This document shows, piece after piece, positions 1-9,228 of a stretch of 64,000 nucleotides of DNA (positions within the stretch are counted from its first letter, which is position 1; every line of letters begins with the position of its first letter). This DNA comes from Candidatus Methanospirareceae archaeon. Lineage in GTDB: Archaea > Halobacteriota > Syntropharchaeia > Alkanophagales > Methanospirareceae. The notes beneath the pieces were generated by a model, which was not told the DNA's origin, searched no databases, and saw only the letters and a list, made by a program, of their open reading frames with translations. The translations under genes were made by a program, and so were the position numbers. The stretch spans positions 156 through 64,155 of the forward strand of contig JBNGDK010000005.1 in the NCBI GenBank assembly GCA_049975405.1. Direction: 5' to 3'.

Positions 1-158
1 TCCAGCATCTTCAGCTTGACGGGCTCGTCATCCCTGCGCTCCAGCCCATACATCTTGAGCAGGTCTCCATGGAGATCCCGGCCCGACATGTGCACGTAGA
101 TCGACGGCATCCTCGAACCTTGCGTCCAACCTAAATATTCCACCAGCTGCGATTCCAT
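1..158 (-). CDS. Partial ORF running off the left edge, N-terminal fragment of unknown product. Minus-strand translation reads MESQLVEYLGWTQGSRMPSIYVHMSGRDLHGDLLKMYGLERRDDEPVKLKML and continues beyond position 1.
   Basis: Manual minus-strand translation. An in-frame stop lies at 201-203 and the first Met codon is at 156-158. The ORF is not in the supplied track because it is incomplete. No family recognised. Confidence 0.2.
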   Translation of the reverse strand, partial: MESQLVEYLGWTQGSRMPSIYVHMSGRDLHGDLLKMYGLERRDDEPVKLKML

Positions 159-225
159 CAATCGCGAGGCGAGATGCGTTGATCGCGACCTGGCTTTTAA
201 TTAGTCGAACTCATAGAACTGAGCG

Positions 226-238
226 CGAAAAAAAAAAA
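226..238 (-). terminator. Oligo-T tract (T12 on the minus strand) about 15 nt downstream of the phoU stop, a putative archaeal intrinsic terminator for the pst-phoU operon.
   Basis: Plus strand reads gcgcgaaaaaaaaaaaggtg, which is a T-run on the coding minus strand directly after the stop at 253-255. Confidence 0.5.
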
Positions 239-252
239 GGTGTCGCACAGGT

Positions 253-909
253 TCACCCTAACTTTTTCCGCTTCCCGGTCACCATATAAATGATGCGCGC
301 AGCAACATTACAGGCATGGTCCGCGATCCGCTCCTGGTGCAGTGCGATGAAGATCAGATGGCTCGCACTCGTTATCGTGCGCGGATTTTCGATCATAATC
401 GCGACCAGCTCGCGCCGTATCTGGCCAAAGAGCCCGTCAACCAGGTCGTCGCGCTCCGAGAAATCCTGTAATTGCTCGATCTTTTGCGTCTCAAATGCCG
501 CGAGACAATCGGTCAGCATACCCTGCGTAATCTCCGAGATCCGCGGGATGTCTATCAGCGGTTTCGCATACGGCTCATCCGCTATTTGCAGGACGATCTC
601 GGCGATATCGCCCGCGAGGTCGCTGATCCGGTCGAGGTCCGTAATGATCTTCAGGCAGGTGCCGATCAGTCTGAGATCACCGGCCATGGGCTGCTGCAGC
701 GCCAGCAGCCGCATACACTGATTCTCAATGTCAAATTCTATTCTATCAATAACGACGTTCTCTTCGAGCAATTTCGATGCCAGTGCCTTATCATGGTTGA
801 CCAGCGCTTTGATCGCGTTCTCCTCCGCCGTCTTAGAGAGCTCGCCCATCGTGAGCGTATCTTTTTTGAGCGTTTCTAACGCATCCAAATACTCTTTTCT
901 GACTTTCAT
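253..909 (-). CDS. phoU: Phosphate transport system regulatory protein PhoU
   Basis: 218 aa, alignable to PhoU over its full length with the two-repeat helical architecture. Sits last in the pstSCAB-phoU gene order. Confidence 0.9.
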   Translation of the reverse strand: MKVRKEYLDALETLKKDTLTMGELSKTAEENAIKALVNHDKALASKLLEENVVIDRIEFDIENQCMRLLALQQPMAGDLRLIGTCLKIITDLDRISDLAGDIAEIVLQIADEPYAKPLIDIPRISEITQGMLTDCLAAFETQKIEQLQDFSERDDLVDGLFGQIRRELVAIMIENPRTITSASHLIFIALHQERIADHACNVAARIIYMVTGKRKKLG

Positions 910-913
910 CTAT

Positions 914-1666
914 CTAGCCATATCTCCCGGTAATATAATCCTCGGTTCGCTTATCATCCGGCCGCTCGAAGATCCGCGGGGTCTTGCCGCACTCGAGCAG
1001 CTCGCCCAGGTAGAAGAAGGCGGTGTAATCAGAGACACGAGCGGCCTGCTGCATGTTGTGTGTAACGATCACAATGGTATAATCGCGCTTCAACTCTTTC
1101 AAGAGCTCCTCTATGTGCGCGGTCGAGATCGGGTCCAGAGCCGAGCAGGGCTCGTCCAGGAGGATGATCTCGGGGTTGACTGCCAGGGCGCGTGCGATGC
1201 AGAGCCGCTGTTGCTGCCCCCCTGAGAAGCCCAACGCGTTCTCATCCAACCGATCAGCGACCTCGTCCCAGAGCGCTGCCTTCTTCAAACTCTCCTCCAC
1301 CAGGCGGTCCATGTCCCTGTTCTTCTGTCCATGAATCCGCGGACCGTAGGCGATATTATTATAGATACTCATGGGAAACGGATTGGGCTGCTGGAAGACC
1401 ATGCCCACCTGCTTCCGCAACTGGATCACATCCTCCTCCGGATCATAGATGTTCCGCCCGTCGATGAGGACCTGGCCAGTTGTTGTCGCACCTCTCAGCT
1501 CGTTCATACGATTCAACGCCCTGAGGAACGTCGTCTTACCACAGCCCGAGGGGCCGATGAGCGCGGTGATCCTGTTCGCTGTGATCTTTATATACACGTT
1601 CTGCAAAGCGTGCACGGTTCCGTTTCGGTAATAAACATTCAGGTCGATCGTCTCGATTTTACTCAT
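914..1666 (-). CDS. pstB: Phosphate ABC transporter ATP-binding protein PstB
   Basis: Walker [10 protein letters not shown] and ABC signature LSGGQQQRL. 250 aa. Adjacent to pstA and phoU. Confidence 0.95.
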   Translation of the reverse strand: MSKIETIDLNVYYRNGTVHALQNVYIKITANRITALIGPSGCGKTTFLRALNRMNELRGATTTGQVLIDGRNIYDPEEDVIQLRKQVGMVFQQPNPFPMSIYNNIAYGPRIHGQKNRDMDRLVEESLKKAALWDEVADRLDENALGFSGGQQQRLCIARALAVNPEIILLDEPCSALDPISTAHIEELLKELKRDYTIVIVTHNMQQAARVSDYTAFFYLGELLECGKTPRIFERPDDKRTEDYITGRYG

Positions 1667-1704
1667 TTCTCACTTATTCTTCTCCGTTCTCACATTCCAT
1701 CCAT

Positions 1705-2556
1705 CTACCTGCCCCCGCCCATCTTCTTCACGTACCGGTTCCGGAGCACGAGCGCAAAGACACTGAGCGTTAAAAAGAGCATGATGAGCACGAGTGACGC
1801 GCCGAATGCACGCGAGAGCGCATCGGGCGTATGTCCTTGCGTGGCCAGCATATACACATACACAGGAAGCGAGGCCACGGGATCGAGTATCGACCGGGGG
1901 AGGAAGGATTCAAGACCCGAGCCTGCGGTTAAGAGCACCACCGCAGTCTCCCCGATCGCCTTGCCCATGCCCAGGAGTATCCCGGTGATGATCCCGGGGT
2001 ATGCGCTCTTCAGGACAACATGCCGTATGGTCTTCCACTTCGTCACACCGAGCGCCAGTGAAGCTTCCCGATACGATTGTGGCACGGTCTTTATCGCTTC
2101 TTCGCTCGCACGCACCGTCCACGGCAGGATCATGAACCCGAGCGCGAGCCCGCCGGAGAGCAGGGAAACGCCAATGCCCAGGTAGTAGACGAGGAACGCC
2201 AGCCCGAACAACCCGATCACGATCGAGGGGACACCGGCCAGGCATTCCACAAAGAAGCGTACAGTGCTGGTGATCATGTTGTCGGGCGCGTACTCCGCGA
2301 GGTAGATCGCGGACGCAATGCCCAGTGGTACGGCGAAGAGCATGCAAACCCCGACCAAACAGAGCGAGCCAATGATCTGCGGAAAGACGCCGCCGTATTC
2401 AAACCGGTAAGGTGCTTCGAGCAAGAACTCTGGACTGATTGCCCCGATCCCTTTGACGAGGATGAAGAGCACGACGATGAAGAGCACGATCACAGAAATA
2501 AGCGCCGTTGCGCTCAATCCGGCCTTTACCAGTTTCTCTTCCGTTTCTATCCTCAT
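1705..2556 (-). CDS. pstA: Phosphate ABC transporter permease PstA. The start is trimmed to the internal Met (MRIETEEKLV...). The ORF-track start at 2673 adds a non-homologous Arg-rich extension.
   Basis: Permease with the EAA-loop region ASEEAIKTVPQSYREASLALG. The ATG at 2554-2556 overlaps the pstC TGA at 2553-2555 (ATGA coupling). Confidence 0.85.
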   Translation of the reverse strand: MRIETEEKLVKAGLSATALISVIVLFIVVLFILVKGIGAISPEFLLEAPYRFEYGGVFPQIIGSLCLVGVCMLFAVPLGIASAIYLAEYAPDNMITSTVRFFVECLAGVPSIVIGLFGLAFLVYYLGIGVSLLSGGLALGFMILPWTVRASEEAIKTVPQSYREASLALGVTKWKTIRHVVLKSAYPGIITGILLGMGKAIGETAVVLLTAGSGLESFLPRSILDPVASLPVYVYMLATQGHTPDALSRAFGASLVLIMLFLTLSVFALVLRNRYVKKMGGGR

Positions 2557-3473
2557 GTGGTCTTCCTCATGCCTCCCCGGATAATTCCGGTGGTAATCAC
2601 ATTGAGGATCGCGACGATAACGAAGAGGACGACGCCAAGCGCGAAGAGCGCATGCTGGTGCATCGAGCCCCAATCAACGTAGGCATGTTCGATCACAATC
2701 GTGGAGGTGAGCACGCGTACCGAGTCCAGCACACTGGTAGGGATACCGGGGATATTCGGGTTCCCGATCACCATGAGTACTGCCATGGTCTCGCCGATCG
2801 CGTTCCCCATGCCCAGCATCAGTGATGCCAGGATGCCGGACTTCGCATGGGGCAAAATAATCTTTCTGATGGTCTGTAACGGTGTCGCGCCGAGCCCGAG
2901 CGAAGCCTCCTTATAAGCCTTCGGCACCGCACGGATAGAGTCCTCGGAGATGCTGATGACGTGTGGGAGCGTCATTACCGCGAGAATCAACCAGCCCGCG
3001 AGGATGCACTCACCGTACCCGCCGAGGTTGTCCCTGATCGCGACTACGAGCACCAATAAACCAAAGAATCCGAGCACGATCGAGGGAATGCCTACGAGCA
3101 TCTCGACGCTCGGCTTGATGATGTTCCGCATCCATTCAGGCGCGAATTCCGCCAGATAGATCGCGGTTGGAATCCCAATAAGCGCGGCGATGCCCAGTGC
3201 GCCGATGCCCACGATGAACGTGCTCACCACCGTCGGCACGATCCCAAAGAGGTCATGGGACGGCCACCAGGTCATCCCGAAGAAGAACTCGGTGCCCAGC
3301 GCGAGGGCAGGAATGCCTTCACGTAGAATGAATATGATAATAAAAAGCACGATAAGGATAGAAGAGAGCGCGCACGCGAAGAGTAATTTCTCGATTACCC
3401 ATTCCAGCAGGCTCCCGTTGAGCGTCATAAATTTCCTGCTCCTGATTCGCTCCAGGGCACACATCTTACTCAA
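2553..3473 (-). CDS. pstC: Phosphate ABC transporter permease PstC
   Basis: 306 aa polytopic membrane protein in the PstC/PstA permease family. Operon position between pstS and pstA. Confidence 0.9.
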   Translation of the reverse strand: MSKMCALERIRSRKFMTLNGSLLEWVIEKLLFACALSSILIVLFIIIFILREGIPALALGTEFFFGMTWWPSHDLFGIVPTVVSTFIVGIGALGIAALIGIPTAIYLAEFAPEWMRNIIKPSVEMLVGIPSIVLGFFGLLVLVVAIRDNLGGYGECILAGWLILAVMTLPHVISISEDSIRAVPKAYKEASLGLGATPLQTIRKIILPHAKSGILASLMLGMGNAIGETMAVLMVIGNPNIPGIPTSVLDSVRVLTSTIVIEHAYVDWGSMHQHALFALGVVLFVIVAILNVITTGIIRGGMRKTT

Positions 3474-4215
3474 CCTCCTCCCGGTGCCGCGTCGAAAAGG
3501 CTAGCTCCTGCTCGCCACGAGCAGAAATCCTGAAGATATCGACCGTGCCCTTTTTCCGGTCGTCCAGCTCGATGAGGTTGAACGACTGCGGAATATTCCA
3601 TTTCACCCGATTCGAGCATACCGTGCCCGCGTTGACGATGACCATCCCGTTCAGGTTCCATATCCAGGGCACGTGCCGGTGACCACAGAGGATGAGGTCC
3701 ACGTGACAGCGCGAGAATAACTCGAGCAGATCGCCCGCGTCAGTGAGTATGTTCCGCTCACGGCCGGTCTTCGGGACGGGGATCACATGGTGATGAAGTG
3801 CAACCACGGTGAAATCGTCAGGGTGGTGGGTGAGGCACCGCTCGAGCCTTGCGTACTTCTCCCGGCCCACATGGCCCTCATCGAGATCAGGTTGAGCAGA
3901 ATCGAGCCCTACGAGTGTAACGCTGTTGTAGCGCTCGACCTTCGAGCGTGCTCCGAAGATCGCTTCAAACCCCAGATAGCCCAGGTTCCGCACATCATGG
4001 TTCCCGGGGATAACCAGCGCAATGTCGCACTGGATATGCTCGATGAATTCCCGCGCGCGTTTGAATTCCTGTGGATAGCCCTCATCCGTCAGATCACCAG
4101 TAACAACAAGGATTTCCGGCTCCAGCTCGTTCAGCTTCGCGATCACCTTCTCCGCCAATTCGGGCAGGAAGTGGGCGTCCGCAGCATGAATGTCCGAGAT
4201 GTGCGCGATCTTCAT
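3466..4215 (-). CDS. Calcineurin-like metallophosphoesterase without signal peptide, embedded in the pst operon. Start set at MKIAHISDIHA; the track ORF extends to 4326.
   Basis: Motifs HISDIHA, GDLTDEG, GNHD and GHRH. Stop overlaps the pstC start region. Confidence 0.8.
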   Translation of the reverse strand: MKIAHISDIHAADAHFLPELAEKVIAKLNELEPEILVVTGDLTDEGYPQEFKRAREFIEHIQCDIALVIPGNHDVRNLGYLGFEAIFGARSKVERYNSVTLVGLDSAQPDLDEGHVGREKYARLERCLTHHPDDFTVVALHHHVIPVPKTGRERNILTDAGDLLELFSRCHVDLILCGHRHVPWIWNLNGMVIVNAGTVCSNRVKWNIPQSFNLIELDDRKKGTVDIFRISARGEQELAFSTRHREEVE

Positions 4216-4303
4216 GGTTGATTCACGAGCTCCGTGTTGTTGCTTCTCCTTTCGCTTCACCTGTTCACCATCTATTAAGCCTAAAAATAACAAAAATAGA
4301 GGG

Positions 4304-4327
4304 GGAAAAGTACCTCTATCCTTCATT
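4304..4327 (-). terminator. Hairpin followed by a T-rich run between pstS and the downstream operon genes. A possible partial terminator or attenuator that would raise pstS mRNA relative to pstCAB.
   Basis: Plus strand reads atagagggggaaaagtacctctat. On the minus strand this gives a 7-bp stem ATAGAGG/CCTCTAT, then ttttgttattttt. Confidence 0.3.
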
Positions 4328-4366
4328 CTTCGATTGGTGTTTTCTCTTTCCTCCTGTCTGCGCTGT

Positions 4367-5374
4367 TTACGCGCTCTTCATGCGGCGTGTGAGATACGCT
4401 ACGGCCAGCAGTCCCGTAACGGCGACTATGGCTTCGAAGCCGGGCTCTTCAGGCGTCGGAGTTGGTGCCGCTGTTGGGATCGATGTAGCAGTTGGCGCTG
4501 CCGTTGTGGATGGCGTTTTGGTCGGCGTGACCGCCCCACCCACCTCGATGTAGCCCATATCCTCGACGACCGCTTGCCCTTCGCTGCTGAGCACGAACTC
4601 GAGAAATGCCTGTTCGAGCGTGCTTGGGTCACCCTTCGTGATGAGATACAGACTCCGCTGGATCGGATAGTCGCCCGCTACAACGTTCTCGACCGTCGCT
4701 TCTACGCCCCCAACGCTGAGCGCCTTCATTGACGAATCAACGTAGCCGAGTGAGAGATACCCGATGCTCCGGTCATCGCTGCTGACCGTTGCGCGCACCT
4801 CGCCGTTTGAGGATTTTACTGATGCCTGTGCCGCAATATACAGATCAAAGGGCGTCATCACGTACGTTTCGAAGGTCTCGCGTGTCCCCGAACCTTCTTC
4901 ACGCGTGATCACCCGGATCTCTGCATCCGGGCCGCCAACATGCTTCCAGTTCGTGATCTCGCCGCTGAAGATCTGTGCCAGTTGCTCCAGTGTCAGGTCA
5001 CTGACCGTGTTGCCGGGATGTACGACGACGGCCACGCTATCCTTGCCGATGGCCACTGGATTCAAATCGGGATACTGTTCCAGCTCCGAAGACTTGACGT
5101 CCCGGGATACCGCGCCGATATCGATCTCGCCCGCACCGACGGACTTGACGCCGTGACCGGAGCCGCCGCCGGAAACAGAGATCCGCAGGTCGGGATTCGC
5201 GTCCATGAGCAGCCGTGCGCACTCCTGATTGATGGGGAGCACGGTGGTCGAGCCGGCGATCGTGAGTTCACCGGAGAGCCCCGTGGGGATCGCGGCGTCA
5301 ATCGCGGGCGTGAGCCCTGCAACCAGTGCCGTCAGGACGAGTGCCGCCAGAGCTATCGCCTTCGCTTTTTTCAT
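4367..5374 (-). CDS. pstS: Phosphate-binding protein PstS with an N-terminal signal peptide and a C-terminal PGF-CTERM archaeosortase sorting signal. Start set at MKKAKAIALAAL; the track ORF starts at 5407.
   Basis: PstS-family periplasmic binding fold with the SGGGSG motif. C-terminus reads TP-rich linker, EEPGFEAIVAVTGLLAVAYLTRRMKSA. Confidence 0.85.
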   Translation of the reverse strand: MKKAKAIALAALVLTALVAGLTPAIDAAIPTGLSGELTIAGSTTVLPINQECARLLMDANPDLRISVSGGGSGHGVKSVGAGEIDIGAVSRDVKSSELEQYPDLNPVAIGKDSVAVVVHPGNTVSDLTLEQLAQIFSGEITNWKHVGGPDAEIRVITREEGSGTRETFETYVMTPFDLYIAAQASVKSSNGEVRATVSSDDRSIGYLSLGYVDSSMKALSVGGVEATVENVVAGDYPIQRSLYLITKGDPSTLEQAFLEFVLSSEGQAVVEDMGYIEVGGAVTPTKTPSTTAAPTATSIPTAAPTPTPEEPGFEAIVAVTGLLAVAYLTRRMKSA

Positions 5375-5390
5375 CTTCGTATCACCAGGA

Positions 5391-5416
5391 TATATAAACA
5401 GCTGCATGTTTATATA
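5391..5416 (-). promoter_or_regulatory. Perfect 10-bp inverted repeat TATATAAACA-gctgca-TGTTTATATA immediately upstream of pstS. The distal arm is placed as a TATA box for a leaderless or short-leader pstS transcript. The palindrome is also a candidate operator.
   Basis: Read directly from the sequence. The arm at 5407-5416 lies 33-42 nt upstream of the ATG at 5374. Confidence 0.4.
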
Positions 5417-5449
5417 AATACCCCTTAAAGATCATATTAATAGGGGAGT

Positions 5450-5465
5450 ATATATACAGAAAAAA
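5450..5465 (-). terminator. Oligo-T terminator downstream of the pit gene
   Basis: Minus strand reads cccttttttctg, 15-25 nt after the pit stop at 5480. Confidence 0.4.
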
Positions 5466-5479
5466 GGGCACTTCACCTC

Positions 5480-6514
5480 CTAGAGAAGCGCGTTGAGCAG
5501 CCAGTAGGCCAGGCCGCCGATGAGCGCAGCCAGGGGGAGCGTAATTGCCCATGCCGTTACCATCCGGACCACTTCAGGCCACCGGATCCGGCTCAGGCTC
5601 TGGAAGAAAGATCCGCCGATCACCGACGAGCCCATGACGTGTGTCGTGCTCACCGGCATGCCCGCTAAACTCACGGCTATTAGGGCGAGTCCGGCACCCG
5701 CTTCTGCCGAAAACCCGTGCCGCGGCTCCAGCTTCGTTAAGCGCATGCCCATGGTTTGGATCACCTGCGAGCCCATCAGCAGTGTACCGAGCGCCATAAT
5801 GACGCCACAGGCGATTCGCACCCACCAGGGCACGGGAAACGGCTCCCCGGGTGGTGCGGCGAGGAACCCCGCGGCGATCAGAGCGGCACTGATCACGCCC
5901 ATCGCATTCTGCGTATCGTTCATGCCGTGGCTGAAGGACATGAAGGACGCGGAGATGGGCTGGAGCTTGCGAAAGAATCGCGCCACCTCAGGTGTCGGGG
6001 TGCCTTTAAAGGCGAGAAAGAGCACCCAGCTGATGAGTGCAAAGATCAGTGCACCGGCAACAAAACCCGCAAAGGGGCCGAGCGCGATCGCAAGGAAGAC
6101 CTTCTCCGTGAGGATCTCCCACCTGATCACGCGCGTGCCACCAGCGACAAGCCCGGCACCCATGATCGCGCCGACCAGCGCATGTGTCACGCTGATCGGG
6201 ATCCCGCTCGCGGTACAGACATAGGTCCAGATGATCGCGCCCAGTAAGCCGCTGATGAGTACGAGGAAGAAGACCTCCGTGGCCAGCTCGGTGATCGAGA
6301 CGATACCTTTTCCGATCGTCTGCGCCACCGCGGTGAACGCGAAGGCGCCAATAAGGTTGAAGACACTTGCGAGCGTTAACGCCTTGAGCGGGGTCAACGC
6401 TTTCGTCGCGATCACCGTGGCGATCGCATTCGCGCTGTCGTTCGCGCCATTCAGGAAGTTGTAGAGTAGCGCAAGGATTATGATGATAATGACGTAGAGA
6501 ACTGCAGAGGCCAT
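5480..6514 (-). CDS. pit: Inorganic phosphate transporter, PiT family
   Basis: 344 aa polytopic protein. PiT signature NGANDSANAIATVIATKAL near the N-terminus and a repeated GMNDTQNAMG motif. Confidence 0.9.
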   Translation of the reverse strand: MASAVLYVIIIIILALLYNFLNGANDSANAIATVIATKALTPLKALTLASVFNLIGAFAFTAVAQTIGKGIVSITELATEVFFLVLISGLLGAIIWTYVCTASGIPISVTHALVGAIMGAGLVAGGTRVIRWEILTEKVFLAIALGPFAGFVAGALIFALISWVLFLAFKGTPTPEVARFFRKLQPISASFMSFSHGMNDTQNAMGVISAALIAAGFLAAPPGEPFPVPWWVRIACGVIMALGTLLMGSQVIQTMGMRLTKLEPRHGFSAEAGAGLALIAVSLAGMPVSTTHVMGSSVIGGSFFQSLSRIRWPEVVRMVTAWAITLPLAALIGGLAYWLLNALL

Positions 6515-6518
6515 CAGA

Positions 6519-7211
6519 TCAGATGCCGCCTTTCAAGCGAAAGGTCTCCAGGATATTCGCCACGTCCTCGCAGTTATCCATGGTATCTTCCAGGATATCC
6601 ACGATCTCCTTGATCAGCAGCCGCTCGAGCACCTCGTTTGGACTCTCCGTCGGCGTGGTCATCAGCCGTTTCAGCCATTTACGATTTACCTTATCCGCTT
6701 CATTCTCCAATTCGTTGATTCGTATGCAGCTCTCCTCCAGCGTTACCTCACTGCGGCGGATGTCACGTAAACAGCAGACAGCCTTCTTTATCTCGTTCGC
6801 TGTCTCCAGAATGATCGGTGCGAACTCATTCACAGGTTCCGGCGTGAGTGGTCGCTGCGAAAATGCCAATCGCGCAACGGCCTTCTCCACGCCGTCGATC
6901 ACATTGTCAAGATTGTGAGCGAAATACCGGATGTCGCCCTTCTCCTCCGTGACTCGCGTGTGATCATAAAAGAGCCCCTGAATAATGTGGTGCACAATAG
7001 CATCACCTTCCTGCTCAATGACCTTGAGCTGCTCTCTGATCTCCATGAGGTTGGAGCTGCGCGAATCCTGGTTCAGCGAAGGGGTAGCAGCATCCTCGGG
7101 TTGATACTCAGCACTCAAATCCAGCATCAGTTGTGCGGCCTCTACCGTGGTATCCGCAAGCTCCTCGAAGAGGTCGAAGAATTTCTTCTCATGCGGGAGG
7201 AAGACAGACAT
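6519..7211 (-). CDS. Pit accessory protein, DUF47/PhoU-like, a TIGR00153-type partner of Pit. Start set at MSVFLPHEKKFFDLFEEL; the track start is 7331.
   Basis: KKFFDLFEE N-terminal motif typical of DUF47. Immediately upstream of pit, 4-nt gap. Confidence 0.75.
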   Translation of the reverse strand: MSVFLPHEKKFFDLFEELADTTVEAAQLMLDLSAEYQPEDAATPSLNQDSRSSNLMEIREQLKVIEQEGDAIVHHIIQGLFYDHTRVTEEKGDIRYFAHNLDNVIDGVEKAVARLAFSQRPLTPEPVNEFAPIILETANEIKKAVCCLRDIRRSEVTLEESCIRINELENEADKVNRKWLKRLMTTPTESPNEVLERLLIKEIVDILEDTMDNCEDVANILETFRLKGGI

Positions 7212-7397
7212 GCCATGCAAGACGGACCCGAACAGGAAGTATCTGGCAAAGGGGGTGGTGGCAGGGCTACGAGTTTCGGCTTGCCGGGCAATAAGAGCGG
7301 CAAACCGCTTCCGCGCTTCACCTCGTGTCATCCCTTGCAGGAAAAGAAGCGCGCGGGGTATTTAAGCCTTTCGAAATTTCTATATATAGTATATATA

Positions 7398-8000
7398 TTA
7401 TATAGTCTCGTCCGGGCTCCGCTGCTCTGAGATATGCGCCAGGAATTTCATGAATGCGCGGCTCCGGTGCGAGCGCTTGCTCTTCTCTTCGCGGCTCATC
7501 TCAGCAAAGGTCTTGCCCCTGATCTCGAAGAGCGGATCATAGCCGAAGCCGTTCGTGCCCCGCATCGTTTCTGCTATACGACCTTTAACGATACCGACAA
7601 AGAGCAGCGGCGTCGCGGTTCGTGATGCGCAGTAGGCGACCACGGTCTTAAAGGTTGCGGTGCGGGCTTCACCCGTGTGGTCAGCCATCAGTCGCAAGAT
7701 TCCTTCGTTTCCGATCGTCCGGAAGACGAATGCGGAAAACGGGCCGGGAAAGCCGTTCAAGGCGGGTATGTGGAGTCCGGAATCTTCGAGGAAGAAGGGC
7801 CGCTTGATCGTTAGTTGATTCTGGATGTACGCCGCACTCTCGCGCGCCACCTCCTCACTGGTATCGAGCTGTAGCTCGGGGTAGTCGTAATCGAGATGCT
7901 CGATCGTGATAGCTCGCGATTCCGCTGCCGCCAGCTCCTGTATCTCCTGTACCTTGTGCGCATTGGAGGTGATGAAGAGCACCTTCCGTCTCGAGCCCAT
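7398..8000 (-). CDS. Non-canonical purine NTP pyrophosphatase (Ham1/RdgB/ITPase family)
   Basis: 200 aa; N-terminal motif VLFITSNAHKVQE typical of Ham1. Confidence 0.9.
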   Translation of the reverse strand: MGSRRKVLFITSNAHKVQEIQELAAAESRAITIEHLDYDYPELQLDTSEEVARESAAYIQNQLTIKRPFFLEDSGLHIPALNGFPGPFSAFVFRTIGNEGILRLMADHTGEARTATFKTVVAYCASRTATPLLFVGIVKGRIAETMRGTNGFGYDPLFEIRGKTFAEMSREEKSKRSHRSRAFMKFLAHISEQRSPDETI

Positions 8001-8061
8001 GGGTTTCCACTGCTTAATATGCTCCCGCTATAAAGATATACCCGTAGCGTTCCCCACTACC

Positions 8062-9150
8062 ATGACGATCGAGAGCAGTATCAAACTGGAGCACGGCGCG
8101 GGAGGCGAGGGAATGCACGAGTTGCTCAAGCTCGTGCTCAGATACTTCACCTTCACGTTCATGGCAGAAAGCAGTAACAGTGATTTGAGGAGCACGATCG
8201 AGGTGCCGTTACAGGCGCTGGACGATTCCGCAGTCGTTGATAATATCGTCTTTACGACCGATTCACACACCGTGAAGCCGCTCTTCTTCCCGGGTGGTGA
8301 TATCGGATCGCTTGCAGTCGCGGGTACAGTGAACGACATCGCGGTCATGGGTGCGCAACCGCTCGGGCTTTCGGTCGCCTTCGTGATCGAGGAGGGGTTC
8401 CCGATGCACGACTTCGAGCGGGTGTTAGCGAGCATGAAGCGCACCTGCGAGGAGGCCGGGGTCGCGGTCGTCACCGGCGATACGAAAGTAGTGGAGCGTG
8501 GCGCGGTGGAGAAGCTGGTGGTGAACACCTCCGCGATCGGCCGGCGAACAGCCGCGTTGGAGCGTAATCTCGCGGAGGTGCGAACGTACCGTGCGCTCAA
8601 CGGCAACTGGTTACTGGATTCGAATCTGCGCGCGGGCGACAGGATAATCGTTTCAGGGTATGTCGGCGATCACGGTGTCGCGCTGCTCTCGTTCCGTGAA
8701 GGGTTCGAGTTTGATACCGCGCTGGAATCTGATATCGCGCCTCTGAACAAGCCGATCCAGGCGATCCTGGCGGTTGGCGGGATCGTAGCGATGAAGGATC
8801 CCACCCGTGGCGGGCTCGCGAATCTGCTGAACGAGTTCAGCACGAAATCGAACGTCGGCATTCTGATCGAGGAGGCGGCGATTCCGGTGCGGGAATCGGT
8901 GCGGAGCGCCTGCGAGCTGCTGGGGATCGATCCGCTGGAGGTCGGAAACGAGGGGAAGTTGGTACTCGGCGTCGTCGAGGAGAAAGCGGAAGCGGTACTT
9001 GCGGCACTGCGAGCAACAAAGCAAGGTCGGGACGCCGCGATCATCGGCACGGCAACAGATGACTTGAAGGGCGTGGTAATGAAGACCCGGGTGGGTGGTA
9101 TGCGGATCGTGGAAACGCCCATTGGCGATCCCGTGCCCCGGATCTGTTGA
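8062..9150 (+). CDS. hypE: Hydrogenase maturation carbamoyl dehydratase HypE. Start set at MTIESSIKLEHGAGG; the track ORF starts at 7906.
   Basis: AIR-synthase-related fold with the EHGAGG N-terminal motif and the C-terminal PRIC motif ending in Cys. Confidence 0.9.
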   Translation: MTIESSIKLEHGAGGEGMHELLKLVLRYFTFTFMAESSNSDLRSTIEVPLQALDDSAVVDNIVFTTDSHTVKPLFFPGGDIGSLAVAGTVNDIAVMGAQPLGLSVAFVIEEGFPMHDFERVLASMKRTCEEAGVAVVTGDTKVVERGAVEKLVVNTSAIGRRTAALERNLAEVRTYRALNGNWLLDSNLRAGDRIIVSGYVGDHGVALLSFREGFEFDTALESDIAPLNKPIQAILAVGGIVAMKDPTRGGLANLLNEFSTKSNVGILIEEAAIPVRESVRSACELLGIDPLEVGNEGKLVLGVVEEKAEAVLAALRATKQGRDAAIIGTATDDLKGVVMKTRVGGMRIVETPIGDPVPRIC

Positions 9151-9194
9151 GGTTACGGTGCTCTCCACACGCTGCTCTGGCTCTTCTGGTGTGC

Positions 9195-9225
9195 GATCCT
9201 CGTGCTTTGAAATCTTTTTAAAAAG
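9195..9225. terminator. Bidirectional T-run and short inverted repeat between convergent hypE and the mrp-like gene
   Basis: Sequence gaaatctttttaaaaagggtt has T5 on both strands. Confidence 0.3.
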
Positions 9226-9228
9226 GGT

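Noticed and set aside
1-203. Left-edge minus-strand peptide ...LVEYLGWTQGSRMPSIYVHMSGRDL... superficially resembling the C-terminal catalytic-Tyr motif of a tyrosine recombinase
   Set aside because: An in-frame stop at 201-203 means this would be the N-terminus, not the C-terminus, of the ORF. The resemblance is weak (GW instead of GH, no R-H-R context). Kept only as a low-confidence partial ORF.
1113-2347. Multiple ORFs antisense or out of frame within pstB, pstA and pstC (for example 1331-2185, 1910-2347, 2077-2682)
   Set aside because: They overlap well-supported transporter genes in GC-rich DNA and have Arg/Pro-rich low-complexity translations typical of spurious high-GC ORFs.
8028-9168. 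Minus-strand ORFs inside hypE
   Set aside because: Antisense to a high-confidence gene, with Ala/Ser/Arg-rich composition.
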